Shown here piece by piece: positions 1 to 10,181 of a DNA stretch of 64,000 nucleotides (within the stretch, counting starts at the first letter, position 1; each line of letters opens with the position of its first letter). The stretch comes from Escherichia phage vB_EcoM_Maryam, in the sequence record PQ799574.1; one strand, written 5' to 3'. The position numbers and the translations under genes are program-made. The notes below the pieces were generated by a model. That model was not told the origin of the DNA and ran no database searches. It saw only the letters and a program-made list of their open reading frames with translations.

Positions 1-78
1 CATGAAAATGAATAAAGCCGGAAAAATATTATCGAAAAACCATTCAATAAATGTAAAAGCACTGCGTTTACGCTTCAT
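1..78 (-). CDS. hypothetical hydrophobic protein, N-terminal part only (gene runs off window start)
   Basis: ATG at 76-78 preceded by GAGGAAAAT RBS; reading frame open to position 1. Confidence 0.3.
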   Translation of the reverse strand, partial: MKRKRSAFTFIEWFFDNIFPALFIFM

Positions 79-85
79 ATTTTCC

Positions 86-199
86 TCACATAAATCCAAA
101 GTAAACGTTTAATACATCAATCATTAAAACGATTGGGAATATACTCAAAACAACTAAAATTATAATTATATTCCATATAGCTTTAATAATCTTTTTCAT
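86..199 (-). CDS. small hydrophobic protein (37 aa)
   Basis: Internal ATG of the 82-aa track ORF (which begins with TTG); GGAGG RBS 8 nt upstream; early promoter at 228-257. Confidence 0.4.
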   Translation of the reverse strand: MKKIIKAIWNIIIILVVLSIFPIVLMIDVLNVYFGFM

Positions 200-227
200 T
201 TTGTGTTCCTCCGTGGTTGATAGGGTA

Positions 228-257
228 ATAATACCACAGAGGAACAGTCTTGTAAAC
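228..257 (-). promoter_or_regulatory. T4-type early promoter (GTTTACA-N17-TATTAT)
   Basis: Reverse complement reads GTTTACAagactgttcctctgtggTATTAT. Confidence 0.45.
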
Positions 258-463
258 AACTTTTTTAAAAATATTCGTAATAAATGTGAATACCAATCAC
301 TACTGCCGAAACTTGCGCAACCCACCACGCACAAGCAATAAGTACAGAATTAAAAATTTTCATAATAACCTCATCACAAAAGTAAATGTTAAACAAATTA
401 CTGGAATACTAATTAACCAAACAAAACACCACCACAATGAACTCATAGTTCAATCTCAGCGAT

Positions 464-518
464 TTTCATTTTATTCTCCAAATCTGTATCAGTAGTTGAT
501 AGTTGTATAGTACCACGG
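464..518. repeat. 55-nt repeated promoter/leader cassette, copy 1 (identical copy at 27672-27726)
   Basis: Exact match by eye over about 55 nt. Confidence 0.7.
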
Positions 519-538
519 TCCTTGTGGTATGTAAACCA
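509..538 (-). promoter_or_regulatory. T4-type early promoter with palindromic spacer (PeSL-like)
   Basis: GTTTACAtaccacaaggaccgtggTACTAT on the minus strand. Confidence 0.5.
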
Positions 539-551
539 TTTTGTGAAATTT

Positions 552-1109
552 TTAAATGGAAAGATACCATCCATTGTAGTTGCTTTTTCTTACAACCTTA
601 CGAAGGTCTTCTCTATCACCGATGAACTTCGGAGTGTACTGGATGACACCTGGATGAATTTCTTTAGTGTTGAATATAATTATACAGTCCGCGACCTGGT
701 GATTTAGAATGGGCCCTAGATTTATTCCAGAACCATATGGATACTCTCCGCTGCATCCTGTTGTTACAGAAATCCAACGTGAGTCAGTTTGATGTGTCTT
801 AACTTCTACACGGAGCCCGCAATATTTTGGATGTGCTAAAACATCCCATGCATATGTGTACGGATCATTGACATCTTCTTGGCCTTTATTGACATATCCG
901 CTTAGCCAATCTGCTACAAAAAACTCTGCGTACACAGCGATACGGCATCTTTCGATAACTTCTGTCTTATCCTGATTTGGGTTTTGTTTTAAAGAGTATC
1001 TTGCAGTATCAGCAATTTTGACCTTCATTTCACCAGTCAAGTCACTGTTCGATAGGGTAAATGTCGGAATCTGAAATAGTCTCTGTAGCCCCGGATTCGT
1101 TTTCTGCAT
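552..1109 (-). CDS. denB: endonuclease IV (DenB-like), 185 aa
   Basis: Length and position downstream of rIIB match T4 denB; recalled sequence similarity. Confidence 0.7.
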   Translation of the reverse strand: MQKTNPGLQRLFQIPTFTLSNSDLTGEMKVKIADTARYSLKQNPNQDKTEVIERCRIAVYAEFFVADWLSGYVNKGQEDVNDPYTYAWDVLAHPKYCGLRVEVKTHQTDSRWISVTTGCSGEYPYGSGINLGPILNHQVADCIIIFNTKEIHPGVIQYTPKFIGDREDLRKVVRKSNYNGWYLSI

Positions 1110-1156
1110 TTAAACTTTCCTTTATGTCGGAATCACTGATATTCATATAATAAATC

Positions 1157-1181
1157 ATAAAACAAAAGGGCCGAAGCCCTT
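1157..1181 (-). terminator. intrinsic terminator (UUCG-loop hairpin plus U-run)
   Basis: AAGGGC-UUCG-GCCCUU followed by UUUGUUUU on the minus-strand RNA. Confidence 0.55.
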
Positions 1182-1184
1182 ATT

Positions 1185-1379
1185 TTATTTGAATTGTGCA
1201 ATTCTTTTCTCTAGACATTCAGCATAAGATTTCATTGAGATGAACTGTGAAAGCAGCAGTTCTTGCTCAACTGCACTAACCGTTAGAAACTTTGTGCTTT
1301 CTAAAAATTTGCTCAGTGCATTAATTTTGAGCATTAATTGATCGTATTCTTCTTTTACTCGTGCTTGATAACCTAACAT
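1185..1379 (-). CDS. hypothetical protein (64 aa)
   Basis: ORF with RBS between rIIB and denB. Confidence 0.45.
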   Translation of the reverse strand: MLGYQARVKEEYDQLMLKINALSKFLESTKFLTVSAVEQELLLSQFISMKSYAECLEKRIAQFK

Positions 1380-1407
1380 AATTTTCCTTAGTTAAGGGCC
1401 GAAGCCC

Positions 1408-2346
1408 TTATTTAAATTGTTCAGTAACGTCTTCAACTACTTCATATTGGCAGGTACGCATTTTAGCATCATTGTAATCAATCGGAATTGATACTACATC
1501 ACGTGGATGTACTTTAACTTTTACAACTCGGCTGGTTGAACTGCCAAAGTGACGAATATAAGATTTAGAACACACATGCAGACCACGAGAACAAGTTTGT
1601 GTATCATCGTCATTCACACGAGTACGCGGCATTTTAACTACTTTACCAGGACTGTTATCAAAGGTATTTGAGTGACAGTCAAAGTAATTGCTGCGAACTA
1701 CTTTCCAAGCATAGAAGTAACCATCTTCTGTAATTTCAATATCGTTTGCTACCAAGAAATCAAAAAGTCGAGATACCGCTTTCTGGCTTGGGTTTTCCAG
1801 CAGATTTTCCAAGAACGGAAAATAAAATTCAAAGTTTTCGCCTTTTTCCATCGAATCAAGAATACGATCAACCAAACCAGACCGCAATTCAATATTTTGA
1901 TAGAATAAGCTTCCACCTTCAATTCGAACATCGCCGGAAATATATTTTTCAACAGCACGACGAACATTAATTTTTTGTGCCGCTTCTTCCAGCTTATCTG
2001 CTACAAGCAGATTAAGAATTTCCTGGAAGTTTGAATGAGTATTAGGAGTTGCGTTATAAGTTACACCGTCAACAGTAATTGAAATGAATTTTTTAGATGC
2101 ATTCCAAATAATGTCAGATTTAGCAACTGGAGCAATAACTGCATCGCTATTAACTTTAACTGTAATATCACCGCTAATAGTAACTTTAGAGCGTTTAGCT
2201 TCTTCAGCATTTTTCAAAACACGACGGATTGTGTCAACCGATACATCCTTCCAATAAGCTAATTCCTGCTGAGTGTAATTACCACTTGAATACAGTTTAA
2301 CAATTTCAGCTTGTTCGTTTTTGGTCAGGCATTTAATATTGTACAT
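1408..2346 (-). CDS. rIIB: rIIB membrane-associated protein (312 aa)
   Basis: Length identical to T4 rIIB; lies immediately downstream of rIIA. Confidence 0.85.
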   Translation of the reverse strand: MYNIKCLTKNEQAEIVKLYSSGNYTQQELAYWKDVSVDTIRRVLKNAEEAKRSKVTISGDITVKVNSDAVIAPVAKSDIIWNASKKFISITVDGVTYNATPNTHSNFQEILNLLVADKLEEAAQKINVRRAVEKYISGDVRIEGGSLFYQNIELRSGLVDRILDSMEKGENFEFYFPFLENLLENPSQKAVSRLFDFLVANDIEITEDGYFYAWKVVRSNYFDCHSNTFDNSPGKVVKMPRTRVNDDDTQTCSRGLHVCSKSYIRHFGSSTSRVVKVKVHPRDVVSIPIDYNDAKMRTCQYEVVEDVTEQFK

Positions 2347-2357
2347 AATTTTCCTTA

Positions 2358-4535
2358 TTAGGCCGCAAGGGCCTTCATAGTTTTAGCGATTTGGGAAACT
2401 TCATCATCACTTAAAGAGTTGCGATATCCGATGAAGTCGGAAACAATACGGAATTTCTTGGTAAACTCAGCAACCATTTTATCACTGTTTTTTGAAGCAT
2501 TATTTGATAATACATCAAAAAGATTAGTTACTGTCCAGATGTCATGACCGATGGTATCTTTTCCACCATTAAAATATACACCGCGCAATGAACTAACTAT
2601 ATTAGCGAGTCGTGTATATTCTTCAGAAACTTCATCTGTACTGAAGTACTTCATCATAAAATCTAGTTCAGGATACTTGATAATTTTATCAATATATCGT
2701 TGAGCTGAACTTGAATAACCTACATACTTATCATAATCTACATCATCAAAAGCATCTACATATAAATCACGCAAAGCTTCAAAAATACATTGGCACTGAC
2801 CGAGTTCTTTTACCTTTTTCTGTAAAAGCGGACGAATAACATAAAATTCATTAATGCCAATAAGATTAGCCATACGAATCAAAATATTCATAGATGGATG
2901 ACAAAGAGATGTAGTACCATCCATAGAGAAAATATCAGAACGATGCATATACGCTACATAACCAGTAATTTCATCTGCTTCTGATGTGAGCGTAAATAAT
3001 TCCTCTTTTTCCCATCGCCCATCTTTAATTTCAAACTTAAATGCTGTAGCAGCTTTAGGACGAGGAGCTTTACTTTTAACTACCTTTGGAATATAGCTTT
3101 TAACTAAAGCTTCAATTTCTGACAAATAATGAATGTTAACTTCATCACTTTCAAACATCGCCATAATATCAGGAAGTAAATCAATCTGCGATTCTACTTC
3201 CGGATTAATAAACAGAAGACGCTCATTGTGATGAATATTCAAAGTGTTATTAAATTCACTATCATCTAACGCGTGTGCTAATCCACGGACAATATTAACA
3301 CGATTTTTAATATTATCAATAACGATATTAATTTTTGTTGCATTAATACCAAACAGACGATAACTTGATGCAACGGCTGAAGTTTCATGACTTTGCTTAA
3401 TGCGCTTCAGTCGAGGGTCAAGATTTACTTCATACACAACTCCTGCATTACATAACTTACTATCAGGTTCAAACATGCTTTGCATCTTCTTATATGACAG
3501 ATTTTTAGTCGTAAATTTGACTGAATTACTAATCATATAATCTCGAGCAGAATACCCCATCTTCATCAATTCACGATATGTATGACGGGGAGATGTGGAT
3601 TCTTTAAATCGTTTTACATCTTCATTAAATGCTTTCTCACTGAGTTCTTTAACTCGTTCAATGATATTTTTACGAGTGCGATCATCTAGTGAAAGAGCCT
3701 CGCGAGATGGAGCAATATCAAGTGAACCCATTGGAAACTTAATGTAATTCACTTCATTGCGAATGCTTAGCCAGTTACGGTCTCTAATAACACCATCGAT
3801 AGGATAAACAATACCGCCATAGATAGCATATAATCCACCACGATCAGGCCAGTATCTTTCTGGATTTACACCATAATAATCATCAAAATCCGGAAAATAA
3901 TCAATTTCACGGTCAAGACCATTAATGATAGCCAAATCTTTGAACGGTCGCATGATATAAGAAACTTCATAAGCAAAGTTTCTAAAGTCTTTTTCTTCAA
4001 CTGGAACTACGATTTCAATACCAGTTTTATCATCTGGACCCATTTCTTTTACGAATGTAGGTTTAATCTGTGGACCATCACCATCCATGTAAGCTACATA
4101 ACCACGAATTTCACCTTTATGATACGAAGTAATACTAAACGTATCAGTATAACTAAACGGAGATTTAGAACCTAAACCAAATCCGCCAATAAAGTCATTA
4201 GATTCAGCTTTAGATGAACTGAAGTATGAATTATACAACCCAGGAGAATTATCATCACCTTGAATATCAAAATCACTCATACCCGGACCAAAATCTCGAC
4301 AAACAAATCGCGGGTCTAAACGTCCAGGAACTTGTATGATAAATTTCTCTGGATTTCCATTAAGTGCATGAGCATCAATCATGTTAGTAATCAATTCACG
4401 GACTACTGCGCGAATCTTGTTTGTATACAAATCAGACGACAGAATTTTAAATACTTTAGGAGATGCTGTGATGCTAAATGCTTTCGATTTAGAACCATTA
4501 CCAAGAATTGTTTCTTTTTCAGTGGTGATAATCAT
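2358..4535 (-). CDS. rIIA: rIIA protein (725 aa, GHKL-type ATPase fold)
   Basis: Length identical to T4 rIIA; N-terminal ATPase motifs; synteny. Confidence 0.9.
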   Translation of the reverse strand: MIITTEKETILGNGSKSKAFSITASPKVFKILSSDLYTNKIRAVVRELITNMIDAHALNGNPEKFIIQVPGRLDPRFVCRDFGPGMSDFDIQGDDNSPGLYNSYFSSSKAESNDFIGGFGLGSKSPFSYTDTFSITSYHKGEIRGYVAYMDGDGPQIKPTFVKEMGPDDKTGIEIVVPVEEKDFRNFAYEVSYIMRPFKDLAIINGLDREIDYFPDFDDYYGVNPERYWPDRGGLYAIYGGIVYPIDGVIRDRNWLSIRNEVNYIKFPMGSLDIAPSREALSLDDRTRKNIIERVKELSEKAFNEDVKRFKESTSPRHTYRELMKMGYSARDYMISNSVKFTTKNLSYKKMQSMFEPDSKLCNAGVVYEVNLDPRLKRIKQSHETSAVASSYRLFGINATKINIVIDNIKNRVNIVRGLAHALDDSEFNNTLNIHHNERLLFINPEVESQIDLLPDIMAMFESDEVNIHYLSEIEALVKSYIPKVVKSKAPRPKAATAFKFEIKDGRWEKEELFTLTSEADEITGYVAYMHRSDIFSMDGTTSLCHPSMNILIRMANLIGINEFYVIRPLLQKKVKELGQCQCIFEALRDLYVDAFDDVDYDKYVGYSSSAQRYIDKIIKYPELDFMMKYFSTDEVSEEYTRLANIVSSLRGVYFNGGKDTIGHDIWTVTNLFDVLSNNASKNSDKMVAEFTKKFRIVSDFIGYRNSLSDDEVSQIAKTMKALAA

Positions 4536-4545
4536 AATTTCCTCA

Positions 4546-4749
4546 TTAATTCATATTACGCTTAATAACTTCAGCAACTTCTAGTAGTTCATCTTTAGTT
4601 GCGGTGTCGGATTGAATTTTATCTCTAATATCTTTAAAGCGGTTTTTAAATTCTTCAGCTTCTCCCATATCGAAAAAGCGTTGAATGATTCTATATTCTC
4701 GATGAACTGCTTTATCAAAAAGTTCTAAATTTACTTTATATGATTTCAT
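4546..4749 (-). CDS. rIIA.1-like small protein (67 aa)
   Basis: Small ORF between gene 39 and rIIA as in T-even phages. Confidence 0.55.
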   Translation of the reverse strand: MKSYKVNLELFDKAVHREYRIIQRFFDMGEAEEFKNRFKDIRDKIQSDTATKDELLEVAEVIKRNMN

Positions 4750-4774
4750 TTCAATATCCTCATTTGCCCAATTA

Positions 4775-4804
4775 ATTATACCACATCCTTGTGGTAAAGT
4801 AAAC
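4775..4804 (-). promoter_or_regulatory. early promoter upstream of rIIA.1/rIIA
   Basis: GTTTAC-N17-TATAAT with palindromic spacer CCACAaggatGTGG. Confidence 0.5.
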
Positions 4805-6624
4805 TACTGGCTCATCCATTCTTTACGAAGGTCAGCATTATCTCCCATGAGCATTTCAAAAAGCTCTTTCCAGTTCTCAGGAAGTTTAACAACATCATAT
4901 ACTGGGTTTTGAATCATCTCACGATATTCAGATTTTTCCAAAGAGCCAAGTCCCTTAATATAACGGATGCTATGTTTAGGTAGAGCATCTTTGGCACTCT
5001 CATATTCAGCGACTGTATAAAACCATTCTTGTTTTTTACCGACCTGAGCGATGATTACAGGAGTTTTGACAAAGCGAATTCGTCCTTGCTCAAACAATTC
5101 TGGCCAATTACTAAAAAATCCAAGCAGAGAAGGATAAATGCTTCCTAGACCATCATGGTCAGCATCAGTCATAATAGCAATATTATGATAATTCAAGTTT
5201 TCAGCTTTTTCACCGAGAACTAATCCAGTGATTGCGCAAATATCAAATAGTTCTTTGTTTTTAAGCATATCAGCATATGACATACCCCAACTATTAAGAA
5301 CTTTACCACGCAATGGATAACCACCATGAAGTTCTTTATCACGAACATCAATAAGATATCCGATAGCCGAATCACCCTCAGTCAAGAAAAGAGTCGTGTC
5401 AGCATCTTTACCACAAAGATTCGCTTTAATATGTTTATGAACCTTAGCTTTAGAAGCCTTTTTAGCTGCTTTTGTTTCTGCTGCTTTTTCTGCTGCCAAT
5501 TTACGAGCCAAAGCAGCTTCAATAATCGGCATTAGAATTGCTTCATTATTTAGAATAGCACGTGAAATCTTTTTAGCATCAAGCTGAATATGACTACGGA
5601 TTTCACCAAATGGAGAAGTCAAACGCTCTTTAGTTTGAGAATCAAATCGCATGTTTTTCATATCACGAACAAACATAACGATAGTCAAACATTCTTTAAC
5701 ACGTGCTTTAGTTACATCAATTTTGAATTTACGTTTGATTTGTGGAATAAGGTCTTCACAAATATCATCCATAACACAGTCAATGTGATGGCCACCATTC
5801 TTAGTGTGAATGTTATTCACATAAGTTAATTGACGAAATCCATCCGGTGAACGACCAACCGCAATAGAACAATTTTCTTGTTCTTGAACAATAGCATGTT
5901 CATCATACTGTCGTGCATATTTCTTAAAATTGCCCTGAACCTTTTTACCATTAAAGGTAAATTGAATATCAGGATAAACAACAGCAAGTGTCTGGAGACG
6001 ATCTAGTGTAATATCAAGATAAACTTGGGACAGCTCATTAGTTTCAAATGACATAAAATCAGGAATGAAAGTAACACGTGTTCCTTTCCATTTTCCAGGA
6101 ATATCTTCCCATGATTTATTTTCCATGCCATTTGAACAACGAACTACAATATTATTTTGACCATCACCCGTTTCACCAACAAACATCACAGAAAAAATGT
6201 TTGTCAAACTAGAACCAACACCATTCATACCGCCGGTGACACGTTCTTTATCATCACCAAAGTTACCACCCGCTTTTGGAATAGTCCAAGCAGCAACTGG
6301 ACCAGGAATTTCTTCACCGGTAGGTGTTTTAACCATCGCTTGTGGAATACCACGACCGTTATCTTCAACTGTTACTTGATTGTTTTTAATAGTAACATTA
6401 ATTTTATTTGCGAATTTAAACTTAGTACGAATACCTTCATCGACTGAGTTATCGATAATTTCATCAATAAGCTTAACAAGACCAGGTACATACTGAACAC
6501 TTTCCCATTTACCAAACAGAAAGCGCTCATGCATTTCATTAGCAGAAGAGCCAATGTACATGCCACTACGCTTTTTGATATGTTCAATATCGCTCAGAAT
6601 TTTAATTTCATTCTTAATCATCAC
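4804..6624 (-). CDS. 39: DNA topoisomerase II large subunit (GyrB-like ATPase plus Toprim), uninterrupted 606 aa
   Basis: GHKL ATPase and Toprim motifs; about 605-aa fused form as in T2/T6, no gene 60 split. Confidence 0.9.
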   Translation of the reverse strand: MMIKNEIKILSDIEHIKKRSGMYIGSSANEMHERFLFGKWESVQYVPGLVKLIDEIIDNSVDEGIRTKFKFANKINVTIKNNQVTVEDNGRGIPQAMVKTPTGEEIPGPVAAWTIPKAGGNFGDDKERVTGGMNGVGSSLTNIFSVMFVGETGDGQNNIVVRCSNGMENKSWEDIPGKWKGTRVTFIPDFMSFETNELSQVYLDITLDRLQTLAVVYPDIQFTFNGKKVQGNFKKYARQYDEHAIVQEQENCSIAVGRSPDGFRQLTYVNNIHTKNGGHHIDCVMDDICEDLIPQIKRKFKIDVTKARVKECLTIVMFVRDMKNMRFDSQTKERLTSPFGEIRSHIQLDAKKISRAILNNEAILMPIIEAALARKLAAEKAAETKAAKKASKAKVHKHIKANLCGKDADTTLFLTEGDSAIGYLIDVRDKELHGGYPLRGKVLNSWGMSYADMLKNKELFDICAITGLVLGEKAENLNYHNIAIMTDADHDGLGSIYPSLLGFFSNWPELFEQGRIRFVKTPVIIAQVGKKQEWFYTVAEYESAKDALPKHSIRYIKGLGSLEKSEYREMIQNPVYDVVKLPENWKELFEMLMGDNADLRKEWMSQ

Positions 6625-6690
6625 TTATCCTCGTTTGGTTTCGGGAATATTATACTCCGGTAATCATAAAGCTAAAGGCCCGAAGGCCTT

Positions 6691-6960
6691 TTATTTAAAA
6701 CGAATAGTTGAATCCTTAAAGAACAGCCCAGAACATACTGTTCCTTCTACTTTCTGCCCGGTAGGTCCAATAGCACGAAATCCAGTATGTTGGAAATCAT
6801 TTTCAGAGCAACCGAACCAGTTATATCCAGTGATTTCAATATTCGTAAAACCACTTGATGATAAAATTTTAGTTGCATTATCAGCATCAGTACATCCTAC
6901 TAAAGATACTGCTAATACTAATGCTGCAATAGAACGATTAATATATTTCATAATTTTCAC
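6691..6960 (-). CDS. putative lipoprotein (89 aa)
   Basis: Signal peptide with lipobox LVGC. Confidence 0.45.
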   Translation of the reverse strand: MKIMKYINRSIAALVLAVSLVGCTDADNATKILSSSGFTNIEITGYNWFGCSENDFQHTGFRAIGPTGQKVEGTVCSGLFFKDSTIRFK

Positions 6961-7328
6961 TTAAATTTAATGGCTTGAAGAAGACTAATAACTCTCAAGC
7001 GACTTCTTTCATCTTTAACTGTAAAGGAAAGAGGGTCACCAGATTTCATAGTGATAGTGCATCCAAAATCAAAATTTTCGGGAACTTCTTTGAAGAAGTC
7101 AAATTCTTCATCATAAATTAGAACATTACTCTGACAACTATGAAGAATTTTTCCATCATTTCCAGATGCTGTACTAATCATTGTAACATTATGACCTTTC
7201 ATATCTTCAACGATAAATTCACTAGTCAATATTACAGCATTAATAGAACTATTCCTATTACTAGCAGAAAGTAGAAATTTCTGTTCTTCACCTTCACGAA
7301 TGCAATATTTCTTACCAATTTTAAACAT
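6957..7328 (-). CDS. hypothetical protein (123 aa)
   Basis: ORF overlapping neighbour by 4 nt (translational coupling). Confidence 0.45.
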   Translation of the reverse strand: MFKIGKKYCIREGEEQKFLLSASNRNSSINAVILTSEFIVEDMKGHNVTMISTASGNDGKILHSCQSNVLIYDEEFDFFKEVPENFDFGCTITMKSGDPLSFTVKDERSRLRVISLLQAIKFK

Positions 7329-7330
7329 AA

Positions 7331-7507
7331 TTACCCTTTAAGTAAATCGTAAAATCCACCATTCACATGCTTAGGAGCAGAAGGCCGACGAGTAGACAAA
7401 CGATGACATTTAGGGCAAACATCATTTTCTCGTTCAGAAATCTTTTTAATTTTTTCATATTCATGCCCGCAGTCTTCAGATTGGCATTTATAATCATACA
7501 TTGGCAT
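7331..7507 (-). CDS. small zinc-ribbon protein (58 aa, two CxxC pairs)
   Basis: My own translation of an ORF below the track cutoff; CQSEDCG and CPKC motifs. Confidence 0.35.
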   Translation of the reverse strand: MPMYDYKCQSEDCGHEYEKIKKISERENDVCPKCHRLSTRRPSAPKHVNGGFYDLLKG

Positions 7508-7509
7508 AA

Positions 7510-7935
7510 TTATTCCTTAAAGTGTGCTTTCAGCATTTGATACAAGGACCATGCCTGTTCATTATTTTCAATAGTAACTTTCATGACAGGAAATTCTGTG
7601 AAATCTTCTATTTGTTCTTGCTCTTTCTCTTCCTGCTCTTGCTCTTCAGCTGCCTGATATGGATTTTCCACTTCATCAAAGAACTCGGCTTCGTTAGTAG
7701 AGAGCCAGATAAAGTTTTCGTCAAGGATATCACCATGTGTTGCATATCCAATTGTGCCAGTAAATGACATAATTTTAGTAGGACGACCAAGATGGTCAAC
7801 ATCTAAAATTTTAAAAGGATGCATACCTAAACGTCGTGCATAAATTCCGTTATCAGTATGGTCTTTAATAAAAGCTTCTTGAGCTTGTTTATTTTTAAAT
7901 TGATACCATTTATTAACTTCAAATTTAATAGCCAT
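7510..7935 (-). CDS. hypothetical protein (141 aa), possibly GoF-like
   Basis: Size and position match T4 goF; acidic repeat region. Confidence 0.4.
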   Translation of the reverse strand: MAIKFEVNKWYQFKNKQAQEAFIKDHTDNGIYARRLGMHPFKILDVDHLGRPTKIMSFTGTIGYATHGDILDENFIWLSTNEAEFFDEVENPYQAAEEQEQEEKEQEQIEDFTEFPVMKVTIENNEQAWSLYQMLKAHFKE

Positions 7936-8150
7936 TAATAAATTTCCTTCCAGTAAGTTGTGCCATCTTCAGTAATTTCACGAAATACACCGTAAATTGG
8001 TTGTTTATCACCAACCTTTTCATACACATAAACCGAAGTCAAGTGAGTAAACTTAACGGTATGTTCCTTTTGAACCACTACCAAATCTGGATCAAATAAT
8101 ACATCTTCAAATTCGTCATTAGTGCAATTCTGAACAATTTTACGTTTCAT
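7935..8150 (-). CDS. hypothetical protein (71 aa), possibly Cef-like
   Basis: Size and position only. Confidence 0.35.
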   Translation of the reverse strand: MKRKIVQNCTNDEFEDVLFDPDLVVVQKEHTVKFTHLTSVYVYEKVGDKQPIYGVFREITEDGTTYWKEIY

Positions 8151-8163
8151 TACAATTTCCTCA

Positions 8164-8445
8164 TTAATTAAACATTGGAGCGATACGTTTCAGAAGAGTA
8201 GCAGCACCTTTAGCGAATTTTACATCATGAAAAACAGTTTCTTCTTCTGTAACAACTCGAACTTTAATATTTTCACAATCCCAATTTTTACGAACAATCT
8301 TCAAAAGCTGCAGTAAATCTTTACATTCAGCAATATCGATAACACATCCACGAGAATCTTCCATTATCGCACGATAACCGTAAGCCATACCATAATCGTT
8401 GAAAGATTGCTCGATGATAATTAAGTTTTCCATTTTATTCTCCAA
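8164..8445 (-). CDS. hypothetical protein (93 aa)
   Basis: ORF with GGAGAATAAAATG initiation region. Confidence 0.45.
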   Translation of the reverse strand: MENKMENLIIIEQSFNDYGMAYGYRAIMEDSRGCVIDIAECKDLLQLLKIVRKNWDCENIKVRVVTEEETVFHDVKFAKGAATLLKRIAPMFN

Positions 8446-8484
8446 GTTGTTTTCTGTATCAGTAGTTGATATTGATATAGTACC

Positions 8485-8513
8485 ATAATCAACTACTGAT
8501 GTATATAGTTTTA
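8485..8513 (-). promoter_or_regulatory. early promoter variant (TATACA-N17-TACTAT)
   Basis: Shares the leader sequence family with 509-538 and 27717-27746. Confidence 0.4.
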
Positions 8514-8530
8514 TGAAAAAATTTTAAACT

Positions 8531-9022
8531 TTATGCATAGCGAGCTTTGCTGTAGTGTTTAATCCAACTTTCAGGAATGACTTTGTATGTTCCTAAAAAT
8601 ACCGCGTTGTATAACTTAACGCCATCTTCTACCCATTGATCAGTAATGTATGCACACATAGCGCGAGTACGGTTAACAACACCTTCCTCACCTTCAGTAA
8701 ATTCAAACTCATAAGGAGCAACGAACTTGATAGCTTGACCGAGTTTCCACTTAAAGTCTACACCTACATGCGAAGTATCAATCGTTTCAATTCCTTTAGC
8801 GGGAACAGCTTTCAAAAACGCAGGCTCAAGAAATTTCCATCGAACATAACCAAACTGAGGTTTAGACATTCCATCTTTAGGAATGATACGCACTTTTACT
8901 TCAGAATCTTCATCTTTAACACCATGTTTAAGCTGAATGCTTACGACTTCAACCAATTTTCCTGCTGCTTTAGAACGGGATTTATCAGATACACGAGCAA
9001 TTTCACCGATATTAATATTCAT
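8531..9022 (-). CDS. MotB-like protein (163 aa), paralogue of 9096-9596
   Basis: Size and position match T4 motB; C-terminal motif ITDQWVEDGV shared with the adjacent ORF. Confidence 0.45.
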   Translation of the reverse strand: MNINIGEIARVSDKSRSKAAGKLVEVVSIQLKHGVKDEDSEVKVRIIPKDGMSKPQFGYVRWKFLEPAFLKAVPAKGIETIDTSHVGVDFKWKLGQAIKFVAPYEFEFTEGEEGVVNRTRAMCAYITDQWVEDGVKLYNAVFLGTYKVIPESWIKHYSKARYA

Positions 9023-9095
9023 AATTATCTCTCACTTGTTAAAAAGATTTTATACTCCGCAGGACCATTATACTCTGGTCCCAAGAGTTTGTAAA

Positions 9096-9596
9096 CTAGC
9101 TTACACGAACATTAATCACTGCGCTGCGAGGAACTACGGAGTACTCTCCAGCATGAACTACGTTCAGAAGTTCAACACCATCTTCAATCCACTGATCAGT
9201 TACCCAACCGCCAATCGGATTCGCGAATGGACGACGAATATAAACTGCCTTACACAACAAATCAGTCGGGTCTTCAATTTTTTCAACTGGTGTTACATAC
9301 ATAGAAACTAAATCCATATCAATATGGGATTTTTCTTGTTCTTCTTTTTCAATTTCTGTCAATAAATTGAAATCTTCTTCATAGATGATGAATGATGATA
9401 CCCTTCCATAATAGTTTCTAATTTCCATGTACACTGTACCAATGAGAATTCCGCTATTAACACTAATAACAGTAAAAGGATATCCGCCAGTTGTACCAAG
9501 AAGTTCCCAAAACTTGCTATCAGTCGTATTCGACATTGTCTGGAAATCAATTTCAGATGGTTTTTTCATTTGATACGTAGTATTAATTTTAATCAT
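9096..9596 (-). CDS. MotB-like paralogue (166 aa)
   Basis: C-terminal motif VTDQWIEDGV shared with 8531-9022. Confidence 0.45.
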   Translation of the reverse strand: MIKINTTYQMKKPSEIDFQTMSNTTDSKFWELLGTTGGYPFTVISVNSGILIGTVYMEIRNYYGRVSSFIIYEEDFNLLTEIEKEEQEKSHIDMDLVSMYVTPVEKIEDPTDLLCKAVYIRRPFANPIGGWVTDQWIEDGVELLNVVHAGEYSVVPRSAVINVRVS

Positions 9597-9605
9597 AATT
9601 TTCCT

Positions 9606-10118
9606 TTAATCTAAGGTAATAAAGCCTTTTAATTCGGCATGCGATTTGCGAAACATTACTTGATGCCCACCAATGATAACTTGATCATCTGGCACTTCAT
9701 AAATCGCAATGTACATTCCACGATCTTTTAAGTCTTCACGCTCTTCTCGAGTAAACCATCTCATTATATCATATTCACTAGCGAAAGCAAAATGATATAA
9801 TGCAATAAACCACAATGGAATATAATTTTCAATTCGTGAATAATCTTTATTCCATTTAGTTTTAATAGCATCATTAGCATTTTCAACTAATAACTTATCA
9901 TCGTGTGGAATAGGAATACTTTCATGACTTTCATAATCATTGCTATGATGATGAAATGATGATGAATTAATACCGCAAAATTTTAGCCAAGTTCGAGTTT
10001 TCATAGAATCAAATCCACGATAAGGAGTTGATTGAACACATAACTCTTGCCTAATTTTCATTATACCACTATCATCATTTAATGCGCTAAACGATGATTC
10101 AACACGATAAATTTTCAT
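9606..10118 (-). CDS. hypothetical protein (170 aa)
   Basis: Start moved to internal ATG (10116-10118) with GAGGA RBS; the track start overlaps a promoter. Confidence 0.45.
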   Translation of the reverse strand: MKIYRVESSFSALNDDSGIMKIRQELCVQSTPYRGFDSMKTRTWLKFCGINSSSFHHHSNDYESHESIPIPHDDKLLVENANDAIKTKWNKDYSRIENYIPLWFIALYHFAFASEYDIMRWFTREEREDLKDRGMYIAIYEVPDDQVIIGGHQVMFRKSHAELKGFITLD

Positions 10119-10145
10119 TTTATTATCCTCAGTAGCTATGGTGTT

Positions 10146-10175
10146 ATAATACCACAACTAACCGAGGAAGTAAAC
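10146..10175 (-). promoter_or_regulatory. early promoter (GTTTACT-N17-TATTAT)
   Basis: Consensus hexamers; leader CTACTGAGGATAATAAAATG follows. Confidence 0.45.
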
Positions 10176-10181
10176 AACTTT

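Noticed and set aside
1672-1970. Plus- and minus-strand track ORFs (78, 74, 72 aa) inside rIIB
   Set aside because: They lie inside or antisense to a well-supported gene, have no RBS, and are typical chance ORFs in AT-rich DNA. The same applies to 4332-4584, 5326-5829, 6157-6587, 35044-35737, 40773-40958, 41471-42036, 46638-47117 and 53067-53598.
6669-6692. Hairpin with a downstream T-run read as a plus-strand terminator
   Set aside because: No plus-strand gene lies upstream. On the minus strand it is a UUCG hairpin in the gene 39 leader without a clean U-run, so a terminator call is not supported.
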